Source of the DNA: Phycisphaerae bacterium
GTDB taxonomy: Bacteria; Planctomycetota; Phycisphaerae; UBA1845
DNA: 64,000 nt
Direction of reading: 5' to 3'
Assembly: GCA_013360585.1 (NCBI GenBank)
Contig: JABWBH010000016.1
Span: 9,474-73,473, forward strand
The notes beneath the pieces were generated by a model that made no database searches, was not told where the DNA came from, and saw nothing but the letters and a program-made list of their open reading frames with translations. How positions within the stretch are numbered: position 1 is the first letter of the stretch; the number at the start of each line of letters is the position of its first letter. The position numbers were made by a program, and so were the translations under genes. This document shows, in pieces, positions 19,133-28,828 of this stretch.

Positions 19133-21532
19133 GTGACAACGAGGATTGACGACAACGTGCTTTCGGTCCTGGGCAATCCGCTTTCGGCGATAACGGCGTC
19201 TCCTTTGCTGGGCGCGTTCGTCTGGCCTGCGCTTTTCTCCGCCGGGGCGGCGTGCGTGGCGATCCCGGTCCTGATTCACATCCTCGCGCGGCGAAGATAC
19301 CGCCGGGTTCGGTGGGCGGCGATCGAGTTCCTGCTCGAGGCGCAGCGTCGGAACCAGCGCCGCGTTCAGCTTGAGGAGTTGATTCTTCTGGCGCTGCGAT
19401 GCCTTGCGGTGTTCTGCGTGGCGATGTTCGTGTCGCGGTACTTCATCCCTCCGGAGGGGGTCGGGGGGGCGCTCGCGCGGGCGGCGCGCGTCGAGCACAT
19501 TCTGATCCTCGACGACTCGTTGAGCACCGGATATCGCGTGGACGAAGCGACGACCGTCTTTGACCGGGCCCGGCGGTCCGTCATCGCCGCTCTCCGCACC
19601 GCCGATCCCGAGATCGACGCTGCCACCGTGATTCTCCCCTCGCGTCTCGACGACCCGCTGGTCGCTTCTGTAACGCCGAGTCCGGATCAGATCGAGACCG
19701 TCGAGGCGCGGCTGGCGACGCTGGCTCCGACGCAGGAGACCTACGACGCAGGCGCGGTCATCGCGGCCGTGCGCGAATTCCTGGATACACGACCGGACGC
19801 CCTCAACGTTGTTCTTCACGTCGTCAGCGACTTTCAGGCAAACGCCTGGATCGATCGCTCCCGAAGCGGCGCTGACGGGCGGGAAGGCGCCGCAACCCGC
19901 AGGACCGAGGCGGGAATCTTTCATGCGCTGCGCGACTGGGCCGGCAGCGAGCGATCGTTGCGCGTCGTGTGCGTCAATGTGGGGTCTCCGCAGGCCGTGA
20001 ACCGAGGCGTTCACGATCCCGCGATCCTGTCGGGCATTCCGGTGGTCGGGACGGAAGTGCGCGTGAAAAGCAGCGTTTTCTCCGTCGGCGCCGGCGCTGA
20101 GGAGGCGACGGAGTTGACGGCGACGATCGGCGAGGCGCTGACGTTCACGCAGGCGATCGGGGCGATATCAGCAGGCTCCAGCCTTACCGCGGAGACCGAA
20201 GTGGCGTTCCCCTCGGCCGGAGAGGAATCCGTCCGGCTGAGCCTGCCCTCCGACCGGCTCGAAGCAGACGACGCCGCCTATCTCGCGGCGCGCGTCTTCA
20301 ATGCGGTGCGCATTCTCATCGTCAACGGCGAGCCGGATTCGGATCCGTTTCTGGACGAGGTTCATCTGCTGGCGACCGCGCTGCGTCCCTCGGGAAACGT
20401 TTTCTCGGGTTATGAGGCGACGATCGTCAGCGCTTCGGAATTCGAGGAAACTCGCTTGACAGATTTCCACGCGGTCATCCTCGCCAACGTACCGTCGATC
20501 TCGGACCGCGCCGCTCAAGAACTGACGGAACAGGTGCGCGGCGGCGGCGGGTTGATCCTCTTTCTCGGCGATCAGGTGGACGAGGACGCTTACAACCGCT
20601 TGTTCTTCGCCGAAGGCGGCGGAATTCTCCCCGCTCGTCTTGGAGAACGCGAGATCGCGGCCGACGCACCGCGCGGACTGCTCCTGACGGACCGGCTTCA
20701 CCCGGCTCTGTCGCGCCTCGCGCGGGAGGGCGATCCGCTGGGGCTGGGCCGCGTGCGTTTCCGCGGGTTTACGTCATGCTCGATCGAGGCGCCGGATCCG
20801 GGTTCCGAAGAGGATGCCAACGACGCAGAGGCGGCGTCGATCAGCGGTGCCGTGGCGAAGGTGCTGGCGACGTACGACGACGACGCTCGCTCGCCCGCCA
20901 TCGTCGAGAAGCGGCACGGCGAGGGCCGCGTCGTCCTTGTGACCAGCAGCGCGGACAAGGAGTGGAACAACTGGGCGGATTTCCCGACGTATCTGCCGAT
21001 CTGTCTCGAGCTGGCTGCGTACGTCACCGAGCGAGCGGGGGAAGTTCGGACGGCGCGGACGGGCGGACCGGTGGAGTGGGCCTTGCCCGCGGACCGGTAT
21101 GAGGCGGCGGGGTTCGTCCGAACCCCGGCTTACCCCGCGCAGTCGGAGGTTTCCCTGACGGGGGCGCCGACGCCGGACGGGCGAAGCATCCGCTTCCGCC
21201 TGCCCCGGGCGGAGTCACCGGGGATATACCGACTTTCAGTGAATTCGCGTGAGGCCCGGGAAGAGACGTTCCTCGCCGCCGCCAACGTGGATCCGCGCGA
21301 AAGCGACCTGCGTCCCTGTCGTGAGGAGGAGCTGCGCCGGACGTTCGACGGCGTGCCGATGCAGTACGTCACCGGCGCCCAGGCCGAAAACGACGAGCCG
21401 CCTGCTCGACGCGAACTCTGGTCGTTTTTTGTCATTGCCGCCGCGCTGACGCTGATGCTGGAGCAGACGCTCGCGTGGTGGTTCGGACGGCGGCATCGTG
21501 CGACGCCCGCCGTCGCCGGTTCCGTCCGGTGA
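19133..21532 (+). CDS. BatA N-terminal double-TM + vWA + GATase-like membrane protein
   Basis: IPVLIHILARRRYRRVRWAAIEFL, MIDAS-like LDDSLS, GGGLILFLG, C-terminal TM helix. Confidence 0.85.
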   Translation: MTTRIDDNVLSVLGNPLSAITASPLLGAFVWPALFSAGAACVAIPVLIHILARRRYRRVRWAAIEFLLEAQRRNQRRVQLEELILLALRCLAVFCVAMFVSRYFIPPEGVGGALARAARVEHILILDDSLSTGYRVDEATTVFDRARRSVIAALRTADPEIDAATVILPSRLDDPLVASVTPSPDQIETVEARLATLAPTQETYDAGAVIAAVREFLDTRPDALNVVLHVVSDFQANAWIDRSRSGADGREGAATRRTEAGIFHALRDWAGSERSLRVVCVNVGSPQAVNRGVHDPAILSGIPVVGTEVRVKSSVFSVGAGAEEATELTATIGEALTFTQAIGAISAGSSLTAETEVAFPSAGEESVRLSLPSDRLEADDAAYLAARVFNAVRILIVNGEPDSDPFLDEVHLLATALRPSGNVFSGYEATIVSASEFEETRLTDFHAVILANVPSISDRAAQELTEQVRGGGGLILFLGDQVDEDAYNRLFFAEGGGILPARLGEREIAADAPRGLLLTDRLHPALSRLAREGDPLGLGRVRFRGFTSCSIEAPDPGSEEDANDAEAASISGAVAKVLATYDDDARSPAIVEKRHGEGRVVLVTSSADKEWNNWADFPTYLPICLELAAYVTERAGEVRTARTGGPVEWALPADRYEAAGFVRTPAYPAQSEVSLTGAPTPDGRSIRFRLPRAESPGIYRLSVNSREAREETFLAAANVDPRESDLRPCREEELRRTFDGVPMQYVTGAQAENDEPPARRELWSFFVIAAALTLMLEQTLAWWFGRRHRATPAVAGSVR

Positions 21533-21589
21533 ACGCTGCGCCGTGCCGTGCCGCCCTCAGGACCGGTCGCGTCGGCAGTCGCCGCGCTC

Positions 21590-22309
21590 TTACTCGCGTC
21601 TCCCGCCCAGCAGACCCGAGCGCATCAGGAAGTACAACAACTGGAGGATCGCGCCGATCGTGGCGGCGACATAAGTCATCGCAGCCGCGTTCAACACCTT
21701 CCCCACCAGCGGATCCTCCGCCGGAACGATCACGCCGCTGCTGACCAGCGCCGCCCGGGCGCGGGAGCTGGCGTTGAACTCCACCGGAAGATTGACGATC
21801 TGGAACAGCACCAGCAGCGAGAACAACGCAATCCCCGCCGCAATCATGCCCGTCGATTGCAGGGCGAAGCCGACGATCAAAATAATCATCGAAAGCGACC
21901 CGCCGAGGTTGGCCAGCGGGACGATCCCGTTGCGCACGACAAGCGCGGCGTAGTTCGAGGCGTCCTGAATCGCATGCCCGACCTCGTGTGCCGCGATGCC
22001 GACCGACGCGATCGACCGACCGTGAAAGACCTCCGGACTGAGGCGCAGCACCTTGTGCCGCGGGTCATAATGATCCGAGAGGAACCCCCGCGCCGGCTCG
22101 ATGCCGACGTGATAGATACCGTGCGCCTCAAGGATCCGCTGAGCGGCCTGTGCGCCGGTCATCCCGCTGGAAACCGGGCGCCGGCTCATCTGGGCGTAGG
22201 CACTTTTTACCTTGAACTGCGCCCACAGCGCCAGCAACCCCGCCGGCAGCATCACAAACAGAAGGTACGTCGGATCCCACGTGTATAAAAACGCCAGCAT
22301 GTGCATCAT
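21590..22309 (-). CDS. Membrane zinc metallopeptidase (YugP / Zn_peptidase_2 family)
   Basis: LSDHYDP, AAHEVGHAIQD, LPVEFNASSRA, VLNAAAMTYVA. Confidence 0.93.
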   Translation of the reverse strand: MMHMLAFLYTWDPTYLLFVMLPAGLLALWAQFKVKSAYAQMSRRPVSSGMTGAQAAQRILEAHGIYHVGIEPARGFLSDHYDPRHKVLRLSPEVFHGRSIASVGIAAHEVGHAIQDASNYAALVVRNGIVPLANLGGSLSMIILIVGFALQSTGMIAAGIALFSLLVLFQIVNLPVEFNASSRARAALVSSGVIVPAEDPLVGKVLNAAAMTYVAATIGAILQLLYFLMRSGLLGGRRE

Positions 22310-22538
22310 CCTCGTTTCACCTTGCTCTAACGGACTTCACCTTGTCGTAGTGCGTATTTCGAGAGTCCGGCAAGCGAGCTGCAAAATGCGTTCCGCGACC
22401 GATCTGTTCTAATATCCTGATTTCAAACGAGTTAACGCCGTATCTCGATAGCATCGCTCTGCCAGATTGACAGGTTTGCACACCGAGTAACGTGCCGCAG
22501 CGGCAAAGGCCGGTTGCGGTTCAATCAGCCGCTCCGTC

Positions 22539-23867
22539 TCACCCAGCCAGATCGCTCTCCCGGACAGCCGGGCGACCGACGGGGTAGTACTCAAGGCCGT
22601 AGCGGCGCAACGTCGAGCCTTCGTAAAGGTTGCGTCCGTCAAAGACGACGCGGCGACGGAGCCGACGTGCGATTTCGTCGAAGTCGGGGCTGCGGAACTC
22701 ATTCCACTCCGTGCAGATGAAAAGCACGTCGGCGTCATCGAGCGCCTCATAAGGCTTTGGACAGTACGTCACCCGGTCCTTGTACATCTGACGCAGAGGT
22801 GCCAGCGCTTTCGGATCATGCACCCGGACGCGCGTGCCGGCTTCGAGAAGCTGGTCGATCAGGGCCAGCGCCGCCGCCTCGCGGATGTCGTCTGTGTTCG
22901 GCTTGAACGCCGCCCCCCACAACGCGGCGGTCAGTCCCCGCACCTGTCCGCCGAATCTCCCGCTGAACTTCTCGAAAAGAACGCGTTTCTGACGGACGTT
23001 GACGTCGTGGATCGCGGGAAGCAGTCGCGGGGCCATCCCGGATTGATCGGCGAGATGCGCCAGCGCCCGCACGTCTTTCGGAAAGCAGCTTCCGCCGTAA
23101 CCGGCGCCAGGATAAAGAAAGTGATGCCCGATCCGCGCGTCGCTGCCCATCCCCCGGCGGACTTCGTCCACGTCCACATCGAGGCGGTCGCAGAGGTTGG
23201 CGATTTCGTTGATGAAGCTGACGCGCATCGCGAGGTAGGCGTTGGCCGCGTATTTCGTCAGCTCCGCGGCGCGGCGGCTCATCCGCAGCATCGGCTTCTG
23301 ATTGCGGACAAAGGGGCGGTAAAGGTCTTCAATGATGCTCGCGGCTTCGGGGGACTGCGACCCGACGACGACGCGGTCGGGAAACTGAAAGTCGCGGACC
23401 GCCCCTCCCTCCTTGAGAAACTCGGGGTTGCTGACGACGTCGACGGGAAATTTCGCCCGCGCGCGGATGAGGGTTTCAACGCGCTCGCCGGTTCCGACCG
23501 GGACGGTGCTCTTGATCGCCACAACCAGCGGGCGCCCGACGCGCGGACCCAGCTCGCGGGCGAACGACTCGATCGACGACAGGTCCGCGGCCCCGCTTTC
23601 CAGCGGGGGCGTGCCGATCGCAATGAAGACGATCTCCGCGTGGCGGACGGCCTCTTCCAGATCATGCGTGAAGCGGATGCGCTCGGCGTCACGGTTCTGC
23701 TGCAGCAGGTCCGCCAGCCCGGGTTCGAAGATCGGGCACTTCCCCGCGTTCAACTCGTCCACGCGGGCGCGGTTGATGTCATACCCGAGGACGCGGTTGC
23801 CCGTGTCCGCAAGGCACGCCCCCGTGACCAGTCCGACGTATCCGCTTCCTGCGACCGTAATACGCAT
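22539..23867 (-). CDS. ugd: UDP-glucose 6-dehydrogenase
   Basis: GSGYVGLV, KSTVPVGT, SNPEFLKEG, GYGGSCFPKD, FKPNTDDIRE. Confidence 0.95.
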   Translation of the reverse strand: MRITVAGSGYVGLVTGACLADTGNRVLGYDINRARVDELNAGKCPIFEPGLADLLQQNRDAERIRFTHDLEEAVRHAEIVFIAIGTPPLESGAADLSSIESFARELGPRVGRPLVVAIKSTVPVGTGERVETLIRARAKFPVDVVSNPEFLKEGGAVRDFQFPDRVVVGSQSPEAASIIEDLYRPFVRNQKPMLRMSRRAAELTKYAANAYLAMRVSFINEIANLCDRLDVDVDEVRRGMGSDARIGHHFLYPGAGYGGSCFPKDVRALAHLADQSGMAPRLLPAIHDVNVRQKRVLFEKFSGRFGGQVRGLTAALWGAAFKPNTDDIREAAALALIDQLLEAGTRVRVHDPKALAPLRQMYKDRVTYCPKPYEALDDADVLFICTEWNEFRSPDFDEIARRLRRRVVFDGRNLYEGSTLRRYGLEYYPVGRPAVRESDLAG

Positions 23868-24091
23868 GCTCGTTTCTCACTTGACCGGACCTTCCCCAGT
23901 CCGCGTTCCTAAGATGTTATCGGGCAAAGTCGCTTGTTCGACCAGCCAGGCCGGGACGCATCCCTGCCGGTTGTTTTACGCCTCCCGACCCCCGATCGTT
24001 CGTCTTCGCAGCAGGCGGTGCGCTGACGGCCACCCTCAGACAAAAAGGCCGAGGACGCCGTCAAGGGTGCAATTCGGGGGCGCGGTCGGAT

Positions 24092-24841
24092 TCAGTCCGG
24101 TTTCGGCGCGGCCGGCTCGGGCGTGGGAGACGCCGGTAACGGGACGTCGGGGCGGATCCCCGCCGGTCGCAGACGGCTGTAGCGGGCGTCAAGAGCGCGG
24201 TTCCAGCTCTTGACGCGTTCGGCAAGCCGGGTCAGCAGCGGGGTGGGATCTCCGACGATCTTCACGGATTCGATCGCGTCGCCAGGCTCAAGACGCTGCA
24301 CCACGTCCAGCCCGCCGCGGACCTGTCCGAAGATCGTGTTGCGCCCGTCCATCGTCGGCATCGACCGCATTGTGATGGTAAAGCGGCAGCCGTTGGAGTC
24401 CGGTCCGGCATTGAGGAGGGAAACGCGCCCGGGGCGATCATGCCGGAGCGCCTCCGTGAACTCGTCCTCGAACTTGTATCCCGGCCAGCCGATGCCCTTT
24501 CCGAGCGGGCAGCCGCCCTCCACGGCCGTCTTCCCGACGACCCGATCGAACGTCAACCCGTCGTAGAACCCGCGCTGCACGAGGTTCACGAAACTGGCGA
24601 CCGCCACCGGCGCCTCGTCGGAGAGAAGCTGAATTCGGATCTCGCCGCGCGCCGTGGTGAGCACGGCCTGAAGTCCGCCGGCCCGCACGGAGGCGTTGCG
24701 GGTTTCCTGGACATCGCCGGTTTCCGGGGTTTCCTGCGCGGTCCGGCCGCTGCCGGGTTCCTGGCGAGCGACCGGCGCCGCGGCGGCGTGGCTCCACGCG
24801 AGCATCGCTAAGATCCGGATGCCAGTATTCATGCCGATCAT
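24092..24841 (-). CDS. Secreted cyclophilin-type peptidyl-prolyl isomerase (divergent active site)
   Basis: APVAVASFVNL, GFYDGLTFDRV, GGCPLGKG, PGYKFEDE, TIFGQV; signal peptide. Confidence 0.85.
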   Translation of the reverse strand: MIGMNTGIRILAMLAWSHAAAAPVARQEPGSGRTAQETPETGDVQETRNASVRAGGLQAVLTTARGEIRIQLLSDEAPVAVASFVNLVQRGFYDGLTFDRVVGKTAVEGGCPLGKGIGWPGYKFEDEFTEALRHDRPGRVSLLNAGPDSNGCRFTITMRSMPTMDGRNTIFGQVRGGLDVVQRLEPGDAIESVKIVGDPTPLLTRLAERVKSWNRALDARYSRLRPAGIRPDVPLPASPTPEPAAPKPD

Positions 24842-25054
24842 GCCCTCGCCCCTGATACGCGGGATGTAACCCGCGCGACACGCGGGACGCAAGCAGGTGG
24901 GTTCCGGAGGGAAAACGACGCTCCGGCTTTTTCATTGCCGACGTTCCGCCGAGCACCGGGACCGAACCTCAACCGAAACTGGTCGTAACCGCGATCGCGT
25001 CCTAGAATCAGCCGAGTTAAAGGTCTAGTTCATCGGGGGTCGGAAGGAGTCATC

Positions 25055-25327
25055 ATGAGCTTCGAGGCACGCGGGGAGGCGGTGGTCGGCGTACACGATG
25101 TAGAAGACCTGAAGCTCATCTACCGCGTTCTGCACGCCCACCTGGCGGAGCACCCGGACCTGATGGACACGCATTTTCTGATCGAATTGCAGGGTTTCCT
25201 GCACGCCCGGGCGCGCGACGAGGGCGTCGACACAACGCACCACGGGGCGTGGGACGCCTGGCTGGGCAATACGGACGCCGCTCCCTGCGACGAGCGCGTG
25301 CGACAAAGGCGGACGATCCGGCCCTGA
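25055..25327 (+). CDS. Small hypothetical protein (90 aa)
   Basis: AAGGAG RBS; natural composition (VEDLKLIYRVLH...WDAWLG). Confidence 0.7.
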   Translation: MSFEARGEAVVGVHDVEDLKLIYRVLHAHLAEHPDLMDTHFLIELQGFLHARARDEGVDTTHHGAWDAWLGNTDAAPCDERVRQRRTIRP

Positions 25328-25414
25328 AATCCCCTCGAAATACCCCCCTCACTCCGGTACAATGCGCATCCGCAATGCGTTCGGGCATCGCGGATTTCTG
25401 GAGAGGGACACAAG

Positions 25415-27115
25415 ATGATCGTTTTGCATTTACCGCTGCGCGGCGGGCTGATTGCCGCTTTGATCGCCTCAGCCGTCAATCCGGCCGCGACGGCGCAGGA
25501 CTCGGCTTTCGGTGGCTACGTGCGTCAACCGCTCGACGGACCGGCGCATAACTGCATCACTCCCCGGGAGCATGACCACGTCCGCGACCTGCTCGCCGCT
25601 TATGAGGCGGCGCACGGGCCGCTTTCCGCGCCCGAACCGGCGTCGTCGTCCCTGCTTTACCCCTTCTGGCCCCAGGCGGGCTACGTTTACGGCGATCTTT
25701 TCAGCGGGTTGTTCGTCGATCAGGATCCTTCCTCCGGCTTTCGCGACTACTCCTGCCGCGACTTCACCTACAACACGCACGCGGGGATCGACTGCGGCCT
25801 GCGCAGCTTCGCCGAGCAGATGATCGGCGTGCCGGTGTTCGCGGTGCTGGAAGGGACGGTCGTCGCCACGCAGGACGGCTTCGACGACATGAACGTCAGC
25901 GGAAAAAACAACAACGCCAACTTCGTCATCATCGACCACGGCAAGGGCCGCCTCGGGTATTACTGGCATCTGAAGAAAAACAGCGTCATCGTCACGCCGG
26001 GTCAGCCGGTCGTCGCCGGACAACAGATCGGACTGACCGCGTCGAGCGGTTACAGCTTCGGTCCTCATCTTCACTTCGAAAGCCGCGATCTGCCCGATTA
26101 CACCGTGTTCGACCCTTTTGCGGGTGACTGCCGTCCCGGCGACAGCGGCTGGGCGGATCAGGAACCGCTCAACCTGAACACGTATTTCGTCGACTTCGCG
26201 TTCACCTACGAGGATCTGTTCCAGCACGATCCGCTTCCGTATGAGCAGCCGCGCACCGGGCAGATCGCCACCTCCGACGGTTTCATCTTCTTCTGGATGA
26301 TCTTCGCCAACCTTCCCCCCGACAGCACCTGGCGCAACGTGTTCATCCGGCCTGACGGCACGACGGCGTACGACTCCGGCGACGTGGAGTTCGGCTGGGA
26401 TTATTTCATTCGGCACAGCGGGCTTTTCTTTTACTGGTGGATCCCGGACATGCACACGATCACCGGGCGGTGGCGGGTGCAGGTGTATTTCAACGGCGCG
26501 TTGATGACCGACGCGCCGATCGAGGTCGTCGCCGAGCGGGATCCGCAGTTCAACCGCCCGCCGGAGCCGATTTCGCTCCGGTTCGACCCGCCCGCGCCGA
26601 CGGAGGCGGACGCGATCTTCTGCCGCATCGACACCGACCTCGTGCTGGACGACCTGGACTACGACGTCGTGCGCTACGAATACACCTGGCAGATCGACGG
26701 GAACGAGGTCCGGCGCGTCACATCGGCGGGACATGCGGATGCGATCCCGCGCGGTCTGGCGCCGGCGGGCTCCGTGGTCGAGTGCCTCGTGACGCCTTCG
26801 GACGGGCGGACGACGGGAACCCCGGCGACGATCAGCGCCGTCGTAGGCGACGCGGGATCGAATTGCTCGGGCGAGGAGAAGCTCAAGGCGAGATGCCGGG
26901 AGAAACGCGGCGCATTCCTTCTGAAAGCGAAGATCTCCGGCGGCGTTCCGGGTGCGGTGCTTACCTTCCGTCTCGACGACCGCCCCGAATCCGACAACGT
27001 GCAGAACGTCAATAACCGCGGCAAGGCAGCAGCGAAGTTCAGCGGACTGATGGCGGGAGAGCACGCGGTCGAGGTTCTTGAGTGCGGCTTGCGGAAAAAT
27101 GTGACCTGCAAGTAA
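25415..27115 (+). CDS. Secreted M23-family metallopeptidase with beta-rich middle domains and ~83-aa Cys-bracketed C-terminal domain
   Basis: HxxxD (HAGID), YWHL and HxH (GPHLHFE); signal peptide; ends CSGEEKLK...NNRGK...VTCK. Confidence 0.88.
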   Translation: MIVLHLPLRGGLIAALIASAVNPAATAQDSAFGGYVRQPLDGPAHNCITPREHDHVRDLLAAYEAAHGPLSAPEPASSSLLYPFWPQAGYVYGDLFSGLFVDQDPSSGFRDYSCRDFTYNTHAGIDCGLRSFAEQMIGVPVFAVLEGTVVATQDGFDDMNVSGKNNNANFVIIDHGKGRLGYYWHLKKNSVIVTPGQPVVAGQQIGLTASSGYSFGPHLHFESRDLPDYTVFDPFAGDCRPGDSGWADQEPLNLNTYFVDFAFTYEDLFQHDPLPYEQPRTGQIATSDGFIFFWMIFANLPPDSTWRNVFIRPDGTTAYDSGDVEFGWDYFIRHSGLFFYWWIPDMHTITGRWRVQVYFNGALMTDAPIEVVAERDPQFNRPPEPISLRFDPPAPTEADAIFCRIDTDLVLDDLDYDVVRYEYTWQIDGNEVRRVTSAGHADAIPRGLAPAGSVVECLVTPSDGRTTGTPATISAVVGDAGSNCSGEEKLKARCREKRGAFLLKAKISGGVPGAVLTFRLDDRPESDNVQNVNNRGKAAAKFSGLMAGEHAVEVLECGLRKNVTCK

Positions 27116-27214
27116 TTCGGAGGCGCATCGGAATCCCGGCAAGGGGCGGCGTCCTCTCGAGTATCTCACGATTTTGTTGCGACCACCCGAGGGGAAGGCA
27201 AGGAGGAATCAACA

Positions 27215-28795
27215 ATGTCGTCACGCGGATTCGTGTTGCGGTGGACCGTTGTCCTGGGGTTTGCAGCGGTGCTTGCCGCCTCGGCACAGGGGAATGACCG
27301 GCGCGGGGCGTGGGGACCAGTCTTTGACTGGGGACTTCCGGAACGGTTGACGACACCGATCCACGCCAGCGTCGTCGTGACGCGCCCCGGTGGACAGGGT
27401 CCGCTCGTCGGTCAGGTCTTCACTCACGGGTATTACGGAACAACGTGGTCCTACCTCTGGAACCCTGAAACCGGAGTTTTCACCTTGATCGACTTCTTCC
27501 CCGACGATTCCGCGCGCGAGTGCGGCGACGGGCGACCCGATGCAATGACGTCGCTGTTCTGCTCCGGACACTGCGTCCTGGCTGACGGACAGTTACTCCT
27601 GGCGGGCGGCGACCTGATGCACGAGGATCAGAACTGCCCGCTCGGGTACGCCTTCGCCGGTGCGTATTACTCGCACACGATCAACCCCCTCGACCCCTCC
27701 CCGACCTACGTCCGCGCCGGTGACATGAACCAGGGCCGCTGGTATCCGACGAATACGATGCTCGGCGACGGCTCGGTCGTGACGTTCTCCGGTTTGACCG
27801 AGTGCGCATCCTGCGACGACAACGGATTCCCGATCAGTCCGCTGAACACGGACGTCGAGCGTTACAATCCCGCGACGCGCACGTGGTCGATCATCTCGCA
27901 GCGCGCCCTTCCGCTTTATCCCTGGATGCACCTGCTCTCAAACGGGCGCGTCTTTTACGCCGGCCCGGGACGTGACTCCCACCGCTTCAACCCCAACAAC
28001 GGAACGTGGTCCTTCGTGGACTTTTTCGACCACCCTTACCGCAGCTACGGAACGTCCGTGCTTTACCCCGCGGGTCCGGATCAGGTGCTCGTCATCGGCG
28101 GCGCCTGCTGCGGCGACTTCGCAACGAACACGACGGAGATCATCGACCTGTCGCTCAGCTCGCCGCAGTGGCGGCCCGGCCCTGCGATGCGCACCGGGCG
28201 CACGCAGTTGAACGCCGTCCTCCTGCCCGACGGCAGCGTGCTCGCCGTCGGCGGGCGCAGCGACTTCGATTTCGGCGGCCCGCAGGCGCAGCCGGTATAC
28301 CGCGCCGAGCGGCTGGATCCCTTTGCCCGGCGGCAGCGCTGGAAACGGATGGCGAGCATGAGCCGCCCGCGCATGTATCACTCGACGGCGGTGCTGCTAC
28401 CCGACGGGCGCGTGCTCTCCGCGGGGGGGACCGTGGCCGAGGGCTATCCTCTCGATGAGAAAAACGCGCAGATCTTCAGCCCGCCTTATCTCTTCAAAGG
28501 CGCAAGACCGGTTATCACATCGGCGCCGGAGGAGGTCACCTACGGCGCGTCGTTCTCCGTGGTGACGGCCGAGGCGGATCAGATCTCCTCCGTCGTGCTC
28601 ATCCGTCCCTCGAGCGTCACGCATGCCTTCAACATGGAGCAGCGTTACGTGCCGGTGACCTTTGCGTCGCGGGGCGGGTCGCTGGAGGTCTGGGCGCCTT
28701 CCGGCGGCAACGTCGCCCCGCCGGGGTATTACATGCTGTTTATCCTGAACCGCGACCGCGTCCCGTCGACGGCGGCGTTTATCCGTCTGCACTGA
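27215..28795 (+). CDS. Galactose/glyoxal oxidase-like copper radical oxidase (kelch + DUF1929, AA5-like)
   Basis: FCSGH (Cys), RWYPT (Tyr), RMYHS (Tyr-His), VTHAFNMEQR (His), APPGYYMLF. Confidence 0.9.
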   Translation: MSSRGFVLRWTVVLGFAAVLAASAQGNDRRGAWGPVFDWGLPERLTTPIHASVVVTRPGGQGPLVGQVFTHGYYGTTWSYLWNPETGVFTLIDFFPDDSARECGDGRPDAMTSLFCSGHCVLADGQLLLAGGDLMHEDQNCPLGYAFAGAYYSHTINPLDPSPTYVRAGDMNQGRWYPTNTMLGDGSVVTFSGLTECASCDDNGFPISPLNTDVERYNPATRTWSIISQRALPLYPWMHLLSNGRVFYAGPGRDSHRFNPNNGTWSFVDFFDHPYRSYGTSVLYPAGPDQVLVIGGACCGDFATNTTEIIDLSLSSPQWRPGPAMRTGRTQLNAVLLPDGSVLAVGGRSDFDFGGPQAQPVYRAERLDPFARRQRWKRMASMSRPRMYHSTAVLLPDGRVLSAGGTVAEGYPLDEKNAQIFSPPYLFKGARPVITSAPEEVTYGASFSVVTAEADQISSVVLIRPSSVTHAFNMEQRYVPVTFASRGGSLEVWAPSGGNVAPPGYYMLFILNRDRVPSTAAFIRLH

Positions 28796-28828
28796 GGCGG
28801 GGACGCCCCCCGTCCGGTTGAGCCGAAT

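Noticed and set aside
25469-27169. 566-aa minus-strand ORF, and similar shadows at 60-1490, 1647-3629 and 42461-44233
   Set aside because: They overlap well-supported genes on the opposite strand and show no recognisable domains.
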